The notes: generated from the letters alone by a model not told the origin. A stretch of 64,000 nucleotides of DNA from an uncultured virus (IMG/VR IMGVR_UViG_3300033069_001107) (IMGVR_UViG_3300033069_001107:1-64000), one strand, 5' to 3'. Positions 8,960-18,407 are shown, counted from the first letter of the stretch. Made by a program: numbers and translations.

Positions 8960-9500
8960 CTTCCACCCTCTCTCGGTACTCCACCGCCAGGAGGTAGGTG
9001 GGGTCGGCCTCGCTCGACTCGAACGACACCCCGATGGATTCGAACTCCTCCTCCGTCTTCTCCCGCCAGCGATCGTCGTCGTACGCCTCGTGAGAGCCCG
9101 TGCCGCCGCATCGCGAGCAGAGCGGGTCGATCCGCGCCAGCTTCTTGTTCAGGCGATCAGCAGCCGCCACGACGCGCTCGGGCCACTTGCCATCCGACCA
9201 GTCTCCGTACCTTTTGACCCACAGCCTCCGCCGCCGCCTGTTCTCGTTCTTCCACTTCCGGATGATCCGTCGCTTGAGTGGCGGCTTCGCGTCTCCCGTG
9301 CCCTGACACACCGGGCAGTCGTCCAGGTTGCCGCAGGCGAAGGGCATGTAGAACTTACCGCTGGGGTAGTTCTGGAACACGGATCCGAGGCCGATCGCTC
9401 GCGTCTCCCGCCCTGAGTCGTGATCGCAGACTTCCCACAGCTCACTGTCGAGCGCGGCGCGGATCTTGTCGAGATGCCAGCCGGTGACGACGGGCTTCAC
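8943..9500 (-). CDS. hypothetical protein with DnaJ-like CxxCxGxG zinc repeats
   Basis: CPVCQGTG and CSRCGGTG; start probably GTG 9500. Confidence 0.7.
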   Translation of the reverse strand: MKPVVTGWHLDKIRAALDSELWEVCDHDSGRETRAIGLGSVFQNYPSGKFYMPFACGNLDDCPVCQGTGDAKPPLKRRIIRKWKNENRRRRRLWVKRYGDWSDGKWPERVVAAADRLNKKLARIDPLCSRCGGTGSHEAYDDDRWREKTEEEFESIGVSFESSEADPTYLLAVEYRERVEDVEVL

Positions 9501-9682
9501 GCCCCCTCCTTGGGTAGGTCGCGATAGCTCATGCGGATCTCTCCGAACAGCCACAGGACGATCAAGACGACGATGGTCGTCTTGTACTCGCCCGCGTAGG
9601 TGACCACGGCCAGGAGTACCGCGCATGCGAGGTTGATACTATTGGCCCCCACCGCGACCATCACCCGCGTTAGTTTGTCCAC
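9497..9682 (-). CDS. small membrane protein
   Basis: Two hydrophobic stretches in 61 aa. Confidence 0.65.
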   Translation of the reverse strand: MDKLTRVMVAVGANSINLACAVLLAVVTYAGEYKTTIVVLIVLWLFGEIRMSYRDLPKEGA

Positions 9683-9717
9683 TTGACACCTTCTTCCGTT
9701 TCTTATCTACTTCTACC

Positions 9718-10002
9718 ATGGATGTCACCGGCCACCAGCTGGATGCGCTGATACGCCGTACGCGAGACTTCGCGCCGTGCGCCACCCTTCTCGCCATCCG
9801 TGACCACTACCGAACCACGGTCTGGGGGCGCTTCTGCTTCGCCCCCGACCGGCAAGCCCCGCTCTTCGAAGCCTACCATCGAAGATCCCTCGAACCCTTC
9901 TCCTATCCTGATCTCGACGCCGAGATCGACCGCACCAACACCATCACCATCACGCTGGAGGCCCCCTATGACACGCTGGCTCAGGAAGTCATTCGTCCGT
10001 GA
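9718..10002 (+). CDS. hypothetical protein
   Basis: First of three plus-strand ORFs. Confidence 0.6.
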   Translation: MDVTGHQLDALIRRTRDFAPCATLLAIRDHYRTTVWGRFCFAPDRQAPLFEAYHRRSLEPFSYPDLDAEIDRTNTITITLEAPYDTLAQEVIRP

Positions 10003-10336
10003 CACGATCGACAAGTCCATCGACCGCATCCGTGCGCAGAAGGCGTCGGTCGATGAGAAGATGGACCAAGCCCGTCTGCCTCACAACGAAGAGGCCCGCG
10101 CGATCGTGCGGTATCAAGTGCTCGAACAGATCGACCGTCACTGCAACGGGCTCCTGAGCGAGCGCGACTACTGGTGCGCGGGATGGTTCCCCTGGGTGGC
10201 GGTGCCGTTCGACGTGTGGCGCAACTGGCACCAGTCGGGTCAGCTGGGTATCGTCTATGCCCCGCCCAGCCTCATCGGCGGGCTCGACCCTTTCCTCATC
10301 CCGTCTTCGCGCGACTACACCAACCTCCCCTCATGA
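9968..10336 (+). CDS. hypothetical protein
   Basis: Start re-called at ATG 9968 after GGAGG. Confidence 0.65.
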   Translation: MTRWLRKSFVRDTIDKSIDRIRAQKASVDEKMDQARLPHNEEARAIVRYQVLEQIDRHCNGLLSERDYWCAGWFPWVAVPFDVWRNWHQSGQLGIVYAPPSLIGGLDPFLIPSSRDYTNLPS

Positions 10337-10620
10337 ACATCCGCAAGCTGATCAAGAGCCTCCCCACCGGCTTCGCCGACGAGGCGCACGCCATGGGCCC
10401 CGAAGAGCTCAAGGCTGCGGTCATCACCTGTGAGGCGAACATCGCCGAGAGCGAGCGGGCCAAAGAGAACGACGACGACCTGCGCGCCGCCCAGGAGCGA
10501 CTGAAGGACTTGAACGGCGCCTACGCCGATGCAGTCAAGGCCCAGCGTGCCAAGATCCGCTACCTCATGCTTCAGCTGGAGCAGAAGGGGTTGCTGCTGC
10601 ACGAGGGGGATGACGAGTAA
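10333..10620 (+). CDS. coiled-coil hypothetical protein
   Basis: Start ATG 10333 overlaps the upstream stop; strong codon bias. Confidence 0.75.
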   Translation: MNIRKLIKSLPTGFADEAHAMGPEELKAAVITCEANIAESERAKENDDDLRAAQERLKDLNGAYADAVKAQRAKIRYLMLQLEQKGLLLHEGDDE

Positions 10621-10671
10621 AGAAAGAGGGGAGCGGCGTACGGCGTACGACCGAAGTCGTACGCCGTACGC
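10619..10671 (-). terminator. terminator between convergent genes, stem built from two TACGSCGTA motifs
   Basis: GCGTACGGCGTACGAC-CGAA-GTCGTACGCCGTACGC; c(UUCG)g loop and TTTCTTT tail on the minus strand. Confidence 0.75.
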
Positions 10672-10680
10672 GAGAAGGGA

Positions 10681-11106
10681 TCAGAGGTGGGTGGTGTGTC
10701 CGGAGCGCGCGGCCTCGGCCTGGGCGTGCATGCGGTCGAACCGCTCCTGCTGCATGACGGCGCGCGCCTCCATGCGCAGCCGCGCCACCTGCGCGGCGTT
10801 CGGGCCGAGGTGCGCGCGCCGCTGCCACCGGGGGCGCGTGTCGCGCTCCTCGGGGAGGATCGAGACGACCCCCGCCTCGCGGTGGGTCTGGACGTACGTC
10901 GCCGTGGCGACGACGCGGGCGGCGAGCTCGGTCGGGAGCGGACGGCCCTTGAAGACGACCTTCAGCCCCACGCGCCCCTTCACCGAGGCGGGGAGCGTCG
11001 CGGGAACGAAGTGCGCGTTCGCGGCGAGGTGGGCGATGAGCGGGAGCCGGAGCTCGCCCGAACGGGGGGTGACGATCGACATGTCCTGCTTGATGAACTT
11101 CGCCAT
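10681..11106 (-). CDS. basic hypothetical protein, monocistronic
   Basis: AGGAGG RBS, own class A promoter and terminator, extreme GC3 bias. Confidence 0.8.
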   Translation of the reverse strand: MAKFIKQDMSIVTPRSGELRLPLIAHLAANAHFVPATLPASVKGRVGLKVVFKGRPLPTELAARVVATATYVQTHREAGVVSILPEERDTRPRWQRRAHLGPNAAQVARLRMEARAVMQQERFDRMHAQAEAARSGHTTHL

Positions 11107-11144
11107 GACTGCGTTCCTCCTGAGCCCACTTCACGGGCTCATGT

Positions 11145-11173
11145 CTTATACCTGAAAACCCCTTCACTTTTGG
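11145..11173 (-). promoter_or_regulatory. class A phage promoter, copy 2
   Basis: CCAAA-N11-TTTCAGGTATAAG. Confidence 0.7.
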
Positions 11174-11196
11174 GTTGCGTCTTGCACTACTTAGTG

Positions 11197-11208
11197 TAAC
11201 CTCTTCGC
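11197..11208 (+). promoter_or_regulatory. leaderless-type promoter (class B)
   Basis: TAACCT-N6-ATG(11209); no SD. Confidence 0.6.
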
Positions 11209-12039
11209 ATGCCCACCCCCCTCGTCATCTATCACGCCGACTGCATGGATGGCCTCGCTGCCGCCTGGGCGGTCAGCAAGGCGCACCACAACGGCGTCGA
11301 GCTCCACGCCGCACAGTACCCCGACCCCCCGCCGCCCAACTGCGCAGGCCGCGATGTGATCATCGTCGACTTCTCCTACCCCCGCGAGCAAGTCGAAGAG
11401 ATCCACCGGGTCGCCAAGTCGCTCATCATCCTCGACCACCACAAGACCGCTGAGGAGGCCCTCAAGGACCTTCCGTACGCCGTCTTCGACCCGAAACGTT
11501 CGGGGGCGGCGATGGCGTGGGATCACTTCAACCCGGGAAAGCCGCGCCCCTGGAAGATCAACTACGTCCAGGACCGCGACCTGTGGACCTGGGCGCTGCC
11601 GAACTCCAACGCGGTGAATGCGTACATCCGGACGCGGGTGCGAACCGTGGAGGACTTCGATGAGCTCTTCCCGCTCGACATGCCCACGCGGGAGATCGAC
11701 CTGGGGTCGATGGTGCTCGACGCGGAGGCGTCGTACGTTCGGGAGACGATGAAGCACGCGCGGGAAGGGATCCTCCGCCGTAGCTTCGCGGACACTGTCC
11801 GCCCGGTCCCCATCGTCAACGCAGGCACCTACTGCCACTCCGAACTCCTCGGCGAACTCGCCAAGGGCGCCGACTTCGCGGTCGGCTGGTTCGCCACCGC
11901 CAGGGGCACCTACCGCTACTCCCTGAGGTCGGATCCGCAGGGTCTCGATGTCTCCGCCATCGCCAAGCTCTTCGGCGGTGGCGGACACAAGCACGCAGCC
12001 GGATTCGAAGTCGATCAACCCGTTCACACCTACGTCTGA
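11209..12039 (+). CDS. DHH/DHHA1-family phosphoesterase
   Basis: YHADCMDG, IVDFS, LDHH, QDRDLW and GGGGHKHAAGF motifs. Confidence 0.92.
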   Translation: MPTPLVIYHADCMDGLAAAWAVSKAHHNGVELHAAQYPDPPPPNCAGRDVIIVDFSYPREQVEEIHRVAKSLIILDHHKTAEEALKDLPYAVFDPKRSGAAMAWDHFNPGKPRPWKINYVQDRDLWTWALPNSNAVNAYIRTRVRTVEDFDELFPLDMPTREIDLGSMVLDAEASYVRETMKHAREGILRRSFADTVRPVPIVNAGTYCHSELLGELAKGADFAVGWFATARGTYRYSLRSDPQGLDVSAIAKLFGGGGHKHAAGFEVDQPVHTYV

Positions 12040-12047
12040 GGTTTCAC

Positions 12048-12761
12048 ATGAAGTCACCCGTCGCCTTCTGCGGTCGCAAGAAGTCTGGCAAGTCCACCAT
12101 GGCCGCGTACCTCGTCTCCAAGGGGTACACCGAGCTCTCGCTCGCGGCTGAGCTCAAGACCCTCGCGGTCATGCTCTTCCCGAGCGTGCTCACCCCGGCC
12201 CGCGTCAACGCCACCTCCGACGCCAAGGATGCCGTGTTCACGCCCGCCGAGCGTCGGGCGTCGGCGAACAACTCCCTCGCAGCCACCACATCCATTCGCC
12301 ACGACCCCGATGTGCGCGCCGTGCTCACCAAGCTCTTCTCGGGCGCGGAGAAGCCGCCCACGAACTACGAGATGTCGGACCGCTTCGCCCGCGTCTTCGC
12401 GAACGTCGAGCGATCTCTCGCGAGCCCCCGCACCATCCTCCAGGTGCTCGGCACGGAGTGGGGGCGCTCTCTCTGGGAGGACGTGTGGCTGAACAGCGTA
12501 CGGCGTACGATCGTGGACAAGCCCGGCCTCTACGTGATCCCCGACGCGCGCTTCCCCAACGAGCTCACCTACCTCAAGCAGCGCCTGGGGGCCTCGTGTT
12601 ACTGGCTGGAGGCGGAGACGCGGCTGGGCCCCAACAAGGACGAGCACGCCTCGGAGCCCAAGCGCGAGGCGATGATCGGCCAGTGCGACGGCGAGGTCGA
12701 CACCAACGGCCCGGTGGGCGATTCGCACGCCCAGATCGAGCGTCTCATCCTCGCGACCTGA
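12048..12761 (+). CDS. deoxynucleoside monophosphate kinase
   Basis: P-loop GRKKSGKST; PRTILQVLGTEWGR, DARFPNE and HASE motifs. Confidence 0.9.
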   Translation: MKSPVAFCGRKKSGKSTMAAYLVSKGYTELSLAAELKTLAVMLFPSVLTPARVNATSDAKDAVFTPAERRASANNSLAATTSIRHDPDVRAVLTKLFSGAEKPPTNYEMSDRFARVFANVERSLASPRTILQVLGTEWGRSLWEDVWLNSVRRTIVDKPGLYVIPDARFPNELTYLKQRLGASCYWLEAETRLGPNKDEHASEPKREAMIGQCDGEVDTNGPVGDSHAQIERLILAT

Positions 12762-12762
12762 G

Positions 12763-14856
12763 CTACTTGTCCTTCACGTCCAGCTTCACCCGCTGCTTGA
12801 CTTCCTTCGGAGGGAGCAGCAGCGGGTGCTTGTTGCTGGCGACCATATCCTCGACACCCATGGGCTTGTAGGTAGACTTGCCGATGTGCCACCCGAGGGT
12901 GCCGCCGAGCAGCGGGGCACCGACCTGAGACGCGAAGAAGAGCGGTAGGGACAACACCCTCGCGGCGGTCGGATGTTTCGCACCGAGGGCGTTCACTGCC
13001 TTCAGCGTCACCGCAGGCGCCCCTGGGATGCCCAGGAATGTACCGGCCAGGGTCCCCCACATCGCTCCCTGCGCCGCCCGGTTGATCTGCTTCTTCTCGT
13101 TCACCTTCGCCACTTGCCCCAGCGAGGCGTAGCCCATGTTCAGCAGATCGTCCTGCATCTGCTGAGCCATCAGGCGCGGCTTGCCCTCGAACTTCTCGTG
13201 CAGCTGCTCGGTCGCGAAGCCGTGGTTGAACTCGCTGTCCAGAGTCACCCCGGCCGGGTGCATGTATCGCAGGAGCCGCTTGCGCTTCTGCTGGACGACC
13301 GTCACTCCGTCCATGGCCTTGACCACGTCGTCGAAGCTCGCTCGCTCGGCGCTGAGCTTCTGCCACAGTGGGCGCTTGAGTGGACCTCGGTCGCTCGCCT
13401 CTTGCAGCGCGCTCGCGATGTCCTTCGCGAGGATCCCCTTCTGCTCCGACGTGTGCGAGAGGTACTGCTCGATCGACTTCTTGGGCTTCATCCCGATCAG
13501 GAATGACGCCTTGTCGATCAAGTCTTCAGGGAGCTTCGAGTGATACTTCATCACTCGGACTTCCCGCTCTTCCTCGGGGAGGTGCTCGTGGCTCTTGTAC
13601 CGGATGCCACGCCCGATCACCTGCTCGATGCGCGAGGGATTCCAGTGCGGTTCCATCAGCTGAATCGAACGCGTGCCCTTCAGGTCGAGACCCTCCGACC
13701 CGGCGCCCGACAGCAGGAGTAGCGGGGTCTTCCCGGAGTTGTAGTCCTCGATCATGGTTCGACGCTGCGTGGGGGACACCGACCCGGTGAACACGTTGTG
13801 CGCGACGCCCTGCTGCGTCAGCGCACGGCTCAGCGGCAGGATCCCCGAGTCGAGGTAGTTCGAGTAAACCACGCCCCGATGGTTGGGGTTCTTCGAACGC
13901 ATCTCGTTGAGGTGCTGGAGCATCAAGTTGAGCTTGCGCGAGTCCTTGATCTCCTGCTCGTCGGTCATGGAAGGGTCGTATGCACGTGCGGTGTTCGACA
14001 CCTGACGCAGCGCCCCCTGGAACGCATTCAGATCCTTGGACTCGCTCTTGTCCAGCGGGAGCCCCGAGCGAATCTTGGCGCGCAAGTACCACGGCATGGA
14101 GCCCTCGTGGAACTTGTAGTACTCGTTTTGCTTGGACCCGAGAGGCACCTCATGCAGCTCATCGATCCGACGCGGGAAGCCCTCCCCGCCGCCCTGGTGT
14201 ACGTCCACGTAGCCGGTGGCCGCGTCCACGAGGCGCTGTCGATTCACGAGCGCGGGCACCGTGACGTTGTCCACTGGATGGCCGAGGAGCTGCCCCTTCA
14301 TGCGATCCCACAGCGGCGCCTGGATGGTCTTGGTCCCCACGAAGGTCTGACCGAACAGCTTTGGATCATCCGGCAACACCTTGCGTCCCGCAGCGGTGTT
14401 GAGCAGGATCGCGAGGTCGTGCGCCTGATTGTACACGGGAGTGCCGGTGAGGAGCAGCCGATCCTTCGCCTGGGCGACCTCCTGGGCGATGTGCTTCGCG
14501 ATGCCGGTGCCCGCGTTGCGCGCCTTGTGCGCCTCGTCCATCACGGCGAGGCCGTCCTTGCGTACGTCGCGCTCCTTGAGGGTTCGCTCGTAGGACCGCA
14601 CGCGCGCCCCATCGGGGATCCCTCCCGTGTGCTTGATCATCTCCTTCTGGTAGTTGGGGACCAGAGGGGCGGGGACGATGGCCTCGATGGGCTCATCCAG
14701 GGCGTCGCCTGCGGCGATGGAGGTCAGGGTCTTTCCGCTTCCCAAGCCATGCGCCACCAACACCCCATGCGACGCCTTCAGCTTGTCAATCACCCGCTGC
14801 TGGTGAGGCTGTAGCGGCGTGCGGAGGTCGGCGGTCTTCAGGTAGAGGGCGTGCAC
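12763..14856 (-). CDS. SNF2-family (SF2) helicase with hydrophobic C-terminal extension
   Basis: HGLGSGKT, DEAH, LLTGTP, SEGLDLK, EPHWNP and QVIGRGIR motifs. Confidence 0.92.
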   Translation of the reverse strand: MHALYLKTADLRTPLQPHQQRVIDKLKASHGVLVAHGLGSGKTLTSIAAGDALDEPIEAIVPAPLVPNYQKEMIKHTGGIPDGARVRSYERTLKERDVRKDGLAVMDEAHKARNAGTGIAKHIAQEVAQAKDRLLLTGTPVYNQAHDLAILLNTAAGRKVLPDDPKLFGQTFVGTKTIQAPLWDRMKGQLLGHPVDNVTVPALVNRQRLVDAATGYVDVHQGGGEGFPRRIDELHEVPLGSKQNEYYKFHEGSMPWYLRAKIRSGLPLDKSESKDLNAFQGALRQVSNTARAYDPSMTDEQEIKDSRKLNLMLQHLNEMRSKNPNHRGVVYSNYLDSGILPLSRALTQQGVAHNVFTGSVSPTQRRTMIEDYNSGKTPLLLLSGAGSEGLDLKGTRSIQLMEPHWNPSRIEQVIGRGIRYKSHEHLPEEEREVRVMKYHSKLPEDLIDKASFLIGMKPKKSIEQYLSHTSEQKGILAKDIASALQEASDRGPLKRPLWQKLSAERASFDDVVKAMDGVTVVQQKRKRLLRYMHPAGVTLDSEFNHGFATEQLHEKFEGKPRLMAQQMQDDLLNMGYASLGQVAKVNEKKQINRAAQGAMWGTLAGTFLGIPGAPAVTLKAVNALGAKHPTAARVLSLPLFFASQVGAPLLGGTLGWHIGKSTYKPMGVEDMVASNKHPLLLPPKEVKQRVKLDVKDK

Positions 14857-14868
14857 CCTCTTAGGATA
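14857..14868 (-). promoter_or_regulatory. leaderless-type promoter (class B)
   Basis: TATCCT-N6-GTG(14856). Confidence 0.55.
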
Positions 14869-14871
14869 GCC

Positions 14872-14927
14872 AAAAGAAGGGGTGTCCGTCTACGGCGTAC
14901 GCCCCAGGGCATGGGGCGTACGCCGTA
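14872..14927 (-). terminator. terminator, stem built from two TACGSCGTA motifs
   Basis: TACGGCGTACGCCCCA-GGGCA-TGGGGCGTACGCCGTA; TTCTTTT downstream on the minus strand. Confidence 0.65.
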
Positions 14928-14938
14928 TCGGCTGGTTG

Positions 14939-15601
14939 TCAGAGACCTGTTGTCCAGCGCTGCCCAGGGAGCTTGCGTCGAATGAGGTCGGCTAGGTCCG
15001 CGTCGCTCACGCCACAGAACACACGAGACAGATAGGCCAGTTCGAAGAGCGGCGGCGTGAACCCGTAGCAGGACAACGCCACGGCGTAGGTCGCTCGGCG
15101 TCGAGCATCCTCCACCGTGGTCGGGTCCCATGGCATGACCTCCCAGGTGCGCGCTACATGCACGCGCACAGTGGGAGACCCGTGGGTACGAGACACAAGG
15201 GCGTCATACGCACGCCCAGCGTCCGCACCCATCTTCTTGAGCAGGAACACGCCCAGCTCATAGAACAGAGAGTCGGGATGGGTCAGGTACTCTCGGCTGA
15301 GCACCCACAGCATGGCCTCTCCGCTGGGGCAGAGATCCCACGCAGCTTGAGGAGTATCCGCGTTCCACCACTCTGCGTCATCCTCCCAGGTCCGATGAAG
15401 GACACGCGATTCGATCGCCTCCTGCCAGCGAGCCTCCCAGGGGGCGGGTCGCCTGAAGAATGTTTCGAGTAGATCAGCCTCCGAGGGTCGATTCGTTATC
15501 CGTGTGATCCTAGCTTCTCCCCCTTTCGCCGCCGAGTAGACCAGCGCCCCCGACCAGAGATCCCACCCCCGCTCCGCAGGATGCTCAATGAGCAGCTCTA
15601 C
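14939..15601 (-). CDS. hypothetical protein, start uncertain
   Basis: Open frame filling the gap below 15598..16557. Confidence 0.55.
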   Translation of the reverse strand, partial: VELLIEHPAERGWDLWSGALVYSAAKGGEARITRITNRPSEADLLETFFRRPAPWEARWQEAIESRVLHRTWEDDAEWWNADTPQAAWDLCPSGEAMLWVLSREYLTHPDSLFYELGVFLLKKMGADAGRAYDALVSRTHGSPTVRVHVARTWEVMPWDPTTVEDARRRATYAVALSCYGFTPPLFELAYLSRVFCGVSDADLADLIRRKLPGQRWTTGL

Positions 15602-16557
15602 GTCACGGCACTCGCCCCCGATTGCTTGCGCCGCTCTCTCGATGATTCGTACTCGTGCTTCGCTTGACTGCCGCAATCCAACGCCCTTTCCATGATGTAG
15701 CGGAGCTCGTAGTCGCTCTCGATCCCCCAGATCCCATCGCTCGCGAGTACCCGATCGGAGTCGTACGTGTCGGGATCCTCCTCCAGCGGAAGCAGGTAGG
15801 TGACCACGCCCACCCACCCCAGGTCGCCACTTCCGTAGCGTTCCAGCCGCCCCTTGCGTGACTTGAACGCCTCTCGCGCCAGGGCGTCTGCCTCCGCCTT
15901 CGTGTGCCCATCCCGCCAGTAGTAGCTGCGGAGTTCGAAGTAGTTGTAGTTCGACACGACGCCGTAGTCGAACTCCCACCTGATGCTCTTGCCTTCGTTG
16001 CGGTGGTAGGCGCCCTCCATCCAGTAGTGGCGATGGGCGGGACCCCGGAGGGAGATGGGACGCATGCCGTGCTCAAGGGTGAGCTTGCACTCCCCGATGT
16101 CGCACTTCGCCTGCGTCCCCATTCGCAGACTCTTCCCGTGAACGGGGCAGGTCTTCTGGATCATCCACGGGACGTAGCTCGCCCAGTCGGGGGTCTCGTC
16201 GGTGAACTCCCCTTCGTGGTCAAACTGCCCGTCGTCGTCCGTGAGGATCTGCGCGGCGTAGCGATACACCCCATCGGACCAGCGCAAGGTCGGGACGCGC
16301 CCGTGCCTTCCATCGAAGTCCTCGAAGGCGTCCTCCTCGCCTTCCTCCATGTCAGCTTCTCTGGATCGCTTCTGCTCGCTGAGCCACCACTTGAAGGACT
16401 GCATTCGTCCCGTGTGATTCGAGGCAAGGGGTGTTCGTCGGCGTCCATGCTCCTGATCCGGCGTGCGATCGGTAAAGTACGTGGTGATGGAGTACTTGTG
16501 CAGCTCTCGCAGGTACTTGCGGTATGCGGAGAGAAGCTCAGGGTTCGGTGGGTTCAT
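15598..16557 (-). CDS. hypothetical protein
   Basis: 319-aa ORF with GAGGAGGG RBS. Confidence 0.75.
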   Translation of the reverse strand: MNPPNPELLSAYRKYLRELHKYSITTYFTDRTPDQEHGRRRTPLASNHTGRMQSFKWWLSEQKRSREADMEEGEEDAFEDFDGRHGRVPTLRWSDGVYRYAAQILTDDDGQFDHEGEFTDETPDWASYVPWMIQKTCPVHGKSLRMGTQAKCDIGECKLTLEHGMRPISLRGPAHRHYWMEGAYHRNEGKSIRWEFDYGVVSNYNYFELRSYYWRDGHTKAEADALAREAFKSRKGRLERYGSGDLGWVGVVTYLLPLEEDPDTYDSDRVLASDGIWGIESDYELRYIMERALDCGSQAKHEYESSRERRKQSGASAVT

Positions 16558-17335
16558 CGGTCCCCTCCTCTTCTTCCTCTTCCTCTTCCTCTTCCCCCTC
16601 TTCCTCCTCGCGCGCCTTCAGGATGGCGTCCATCTCCCGGATCACCACCTCCATCACATCCTCCTGCTTCGCGAAGGACGCCACGCTCTCCCAGTTGGGA
16701 GCGTCTTCACCCATCTGCTCCCAGTACGCCTCGTCGTTGTTCGAGATCAGGATGACCTTGTGGGCCTCCGACGTGTGGATGACCTCACCCTCCCGCACAC
16801 GATCTCGCGCCTCCTCCTCGTCCATCTCCCCCGACTTCACCGCTTCGAGGATCTCTTCTGCCTCCGAGCGAACCTCGGAGTAGTACGCGCGCCGAAGGAC
16901 ACCCATCGCGACATCCTCGACATCCCCGCTCCCGAGGATGATGGTGTGGTTCACCTTGAGCCACTCCTCCGCGAGGGTGTCGACGACCTTCGTCAGCTCG
17001 TAGGGCAGCACGCGCCGGGCCCTGATGAACGCCTCCCGGTAGTAGAGGCGCTCCACCTTGCGTCGCAGCTTCTCGACCGCATCGGTCTGAGAGACGCCTG
17101 TCTCGCGGCAGGTGTGCAGGATCGTGTTCACCGAGTACTCGTGCTCCTTCACGATGTTGTGCGGCGAGATGTACGCCACGTACTCGATGCCTTCGAGCAC
17201 GGAGTCCTGCTCCTCGATGTCGAGGGTCCACGTGCCGAAGTACTCCATCTTCTCGGCGTAGATGTACGCCAGCTGCCTGCGCATCGCGTCAGGGATCTCG
17301 TTCGTCTGCTTGGTCGGCTTGGTCTTGTTCATCAC
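16538..17335 (-). CDS. acidic protein, candidate DNA mimic
   Basis: Glu/Asp-rich helical C-terminal half and poly-Glu tail. Confidence 0.75.
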   Translation of the reverse strand: MMNKTKPTKQTNEIPDAMRRQLAYIYAEKMEYFGTWTLDIEEQDSVLEGIEYVAYISPHNIVKEHEYSVNTILHTCRETGVSQTDAVEKLRRKVERLYYREAFIRARRVLPYELTKVVDTLAEEWLKVNHTIILGSGDVEDVAMGVLRRAYYSEVRSEAEEILEAVKSGEMDEEEARDRVREGEVIHTSEAHKVILISNNDEAYWEQMGEDAPNWESVASFAKQEDVMEVVIREMDAILKAREEEEGEEEEEEEEEEGTDEPTEP

Positions 17336-17336
17336 T

Positions 17337-17555
17337 TCACTCCTGACAGTTGGGGCAGTAGCCGTTCTTCATGATCTGCTTGGGCGTCAGCGCGTCACAG
17401 TGGTCACAGAGCACGCTCGGCAGGCCGATGTCGGCGTAGAGAGAATCCAACGCGGCGTCCAAACGCCCAAGCGCTCGATCAGTCAAGTGCGGGTAAGTCG
17501 CGCTGAGAAGCGCCTGACCCGCTGCAAACACCGCTTCCGCTTCGTCGTCTGTCAT
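17337..17555 (-). CDS. small zinc-ribbon protein
   Basis: CDHC and CPNC; start ATG 17555. Confidence 0.65.
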   Translation of the reverse strand: MTDDEAEAVFAAGQALLSATYPHLTDRALGRLDAALDSLYADIGLPSVLCDHCDALTPKQIMKNGYCPNCQE

Positions 17556-18052
17556 TCGCGAACCTCCTTGTACTTCACTTCCGGATACCCCCCATTGCAC
17601 TTCGGACAACACATCCTGGGCACAGCCTCCGGGATGTCGAACCTCGGCAGCGGCACGCGGTCGCAGAAACGATGCGTGTCGCCGCAGTCACACTTCACGA
17701 GGTAGGTGTGGTGATCGTAGAGCAGCTTGATCGTCTCGGGGAGGCGCACGTCGAGCTTGGGGTCGGGCTCCCGTTCGCGCTTCACCGGCTTCTCCCGCTT
17801 GGGTGTCTCCACCGGAGGCGGTGCTTCGACCTTCGGCGGCGGAGGCGGAACCGCCTCAGGTACGCCGTGCTTGTTGCACCAGTAGCCGATCTTGTTGTCG
17901 ATCAGGCGTGCGTGCGTTGCCCGGTGCGCGCCCTTGCAGCACTGGAACGTTGACTCGCAGGGACACAGCGTTCGCCACTCGTCTTCGTTGTCGTCGAGAC
18001 CGGCCAGATAGACGGTCCCGCAGCTGGGGCAGGACTCTCGCAGACTACTCAT
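17552..18052 (-). CDS. Cys-rich, multi-zinc-finger hypothetical protein
   Basis: CPSC, CPC, CDC and CPKC; start ATG 18052. Confidence 0.65.
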   Translation of the reverse strand: MSSLRESCPSCGTVYLAGLDDNEDEWRTLCPCESTFQCCKGAHRATHARLIDNKIGYWCNKHGVPEAVPPPPPKVEAPPPVETPKREKPVKREREPDPKLDVRLPETIKLLYDHHTYLVKCDCGDTHRFCDRVPLPRFDIPEAVPRMCCPKCNGGYPEVKYKEVRE

Positions 18053-18407
18053 CCTTGATCCTCTTCTCTCTCGCCGCCGCCAGGGCTTCCGCCTTCGCAC
18101 GTGCTTTGGCGAGCATCTTCTCCAGCTCTTCAGCCTCCTCAGCCGCGTCTTGAATGGCCTCAAGTTGCTCGGCCTCTTCACGCGCCTCCTGGTCGGCGAT
18201 CTCCTTCTCGTACGCCTCCTCCTCTGCGCGCTTGCGCTCTTTCACAAGATGATCAGGCTCTTCGCCGAGGAGCCAGTCTCCGCAGACGACGCACTTGACC
18301 TCGGCGCTTTCAGAGCCTGCGAAGATGACGTAGCGAGTAGGTTTCGCACAGTCGATACATGCGTCTCCGTTCTCGTCTGCGTAACCTACGACATCATAGT
18401 CTTTCAT
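18045..18407 (-). CDS. zinc finger plus coiled-coil protein
   Basis: CIDC and CVVC, then an E/A/K-rich helix; start ATG 18407. Confidence 0.7.
   Translation of the reverse strand: MKDYDVVGYADENGDACIDCAKPTRYVIFAGSESAEVKCVVCGDWLLGEEPDHLVKERKRAEEEAYEKEIADQEAREEAEQLEAIQDAAEEAEELEKMLAKARAKAEALAAAREKRIKDE

Noticed and set aside
9683..9717. TTGACA-N17-TCTACT-N6-ATG as a sigma-70 leaderless promoter
   Set aside because: Spacing fits, but the -10 lacks the conserved TA; left uncalled
16565..16610. (CTT/CCT)n simple repeat, with similar runs at 6830-6880 and 29735-29760
   Set aside because: Explained by poly-Glu/Asp and poly-Thr coding tracts
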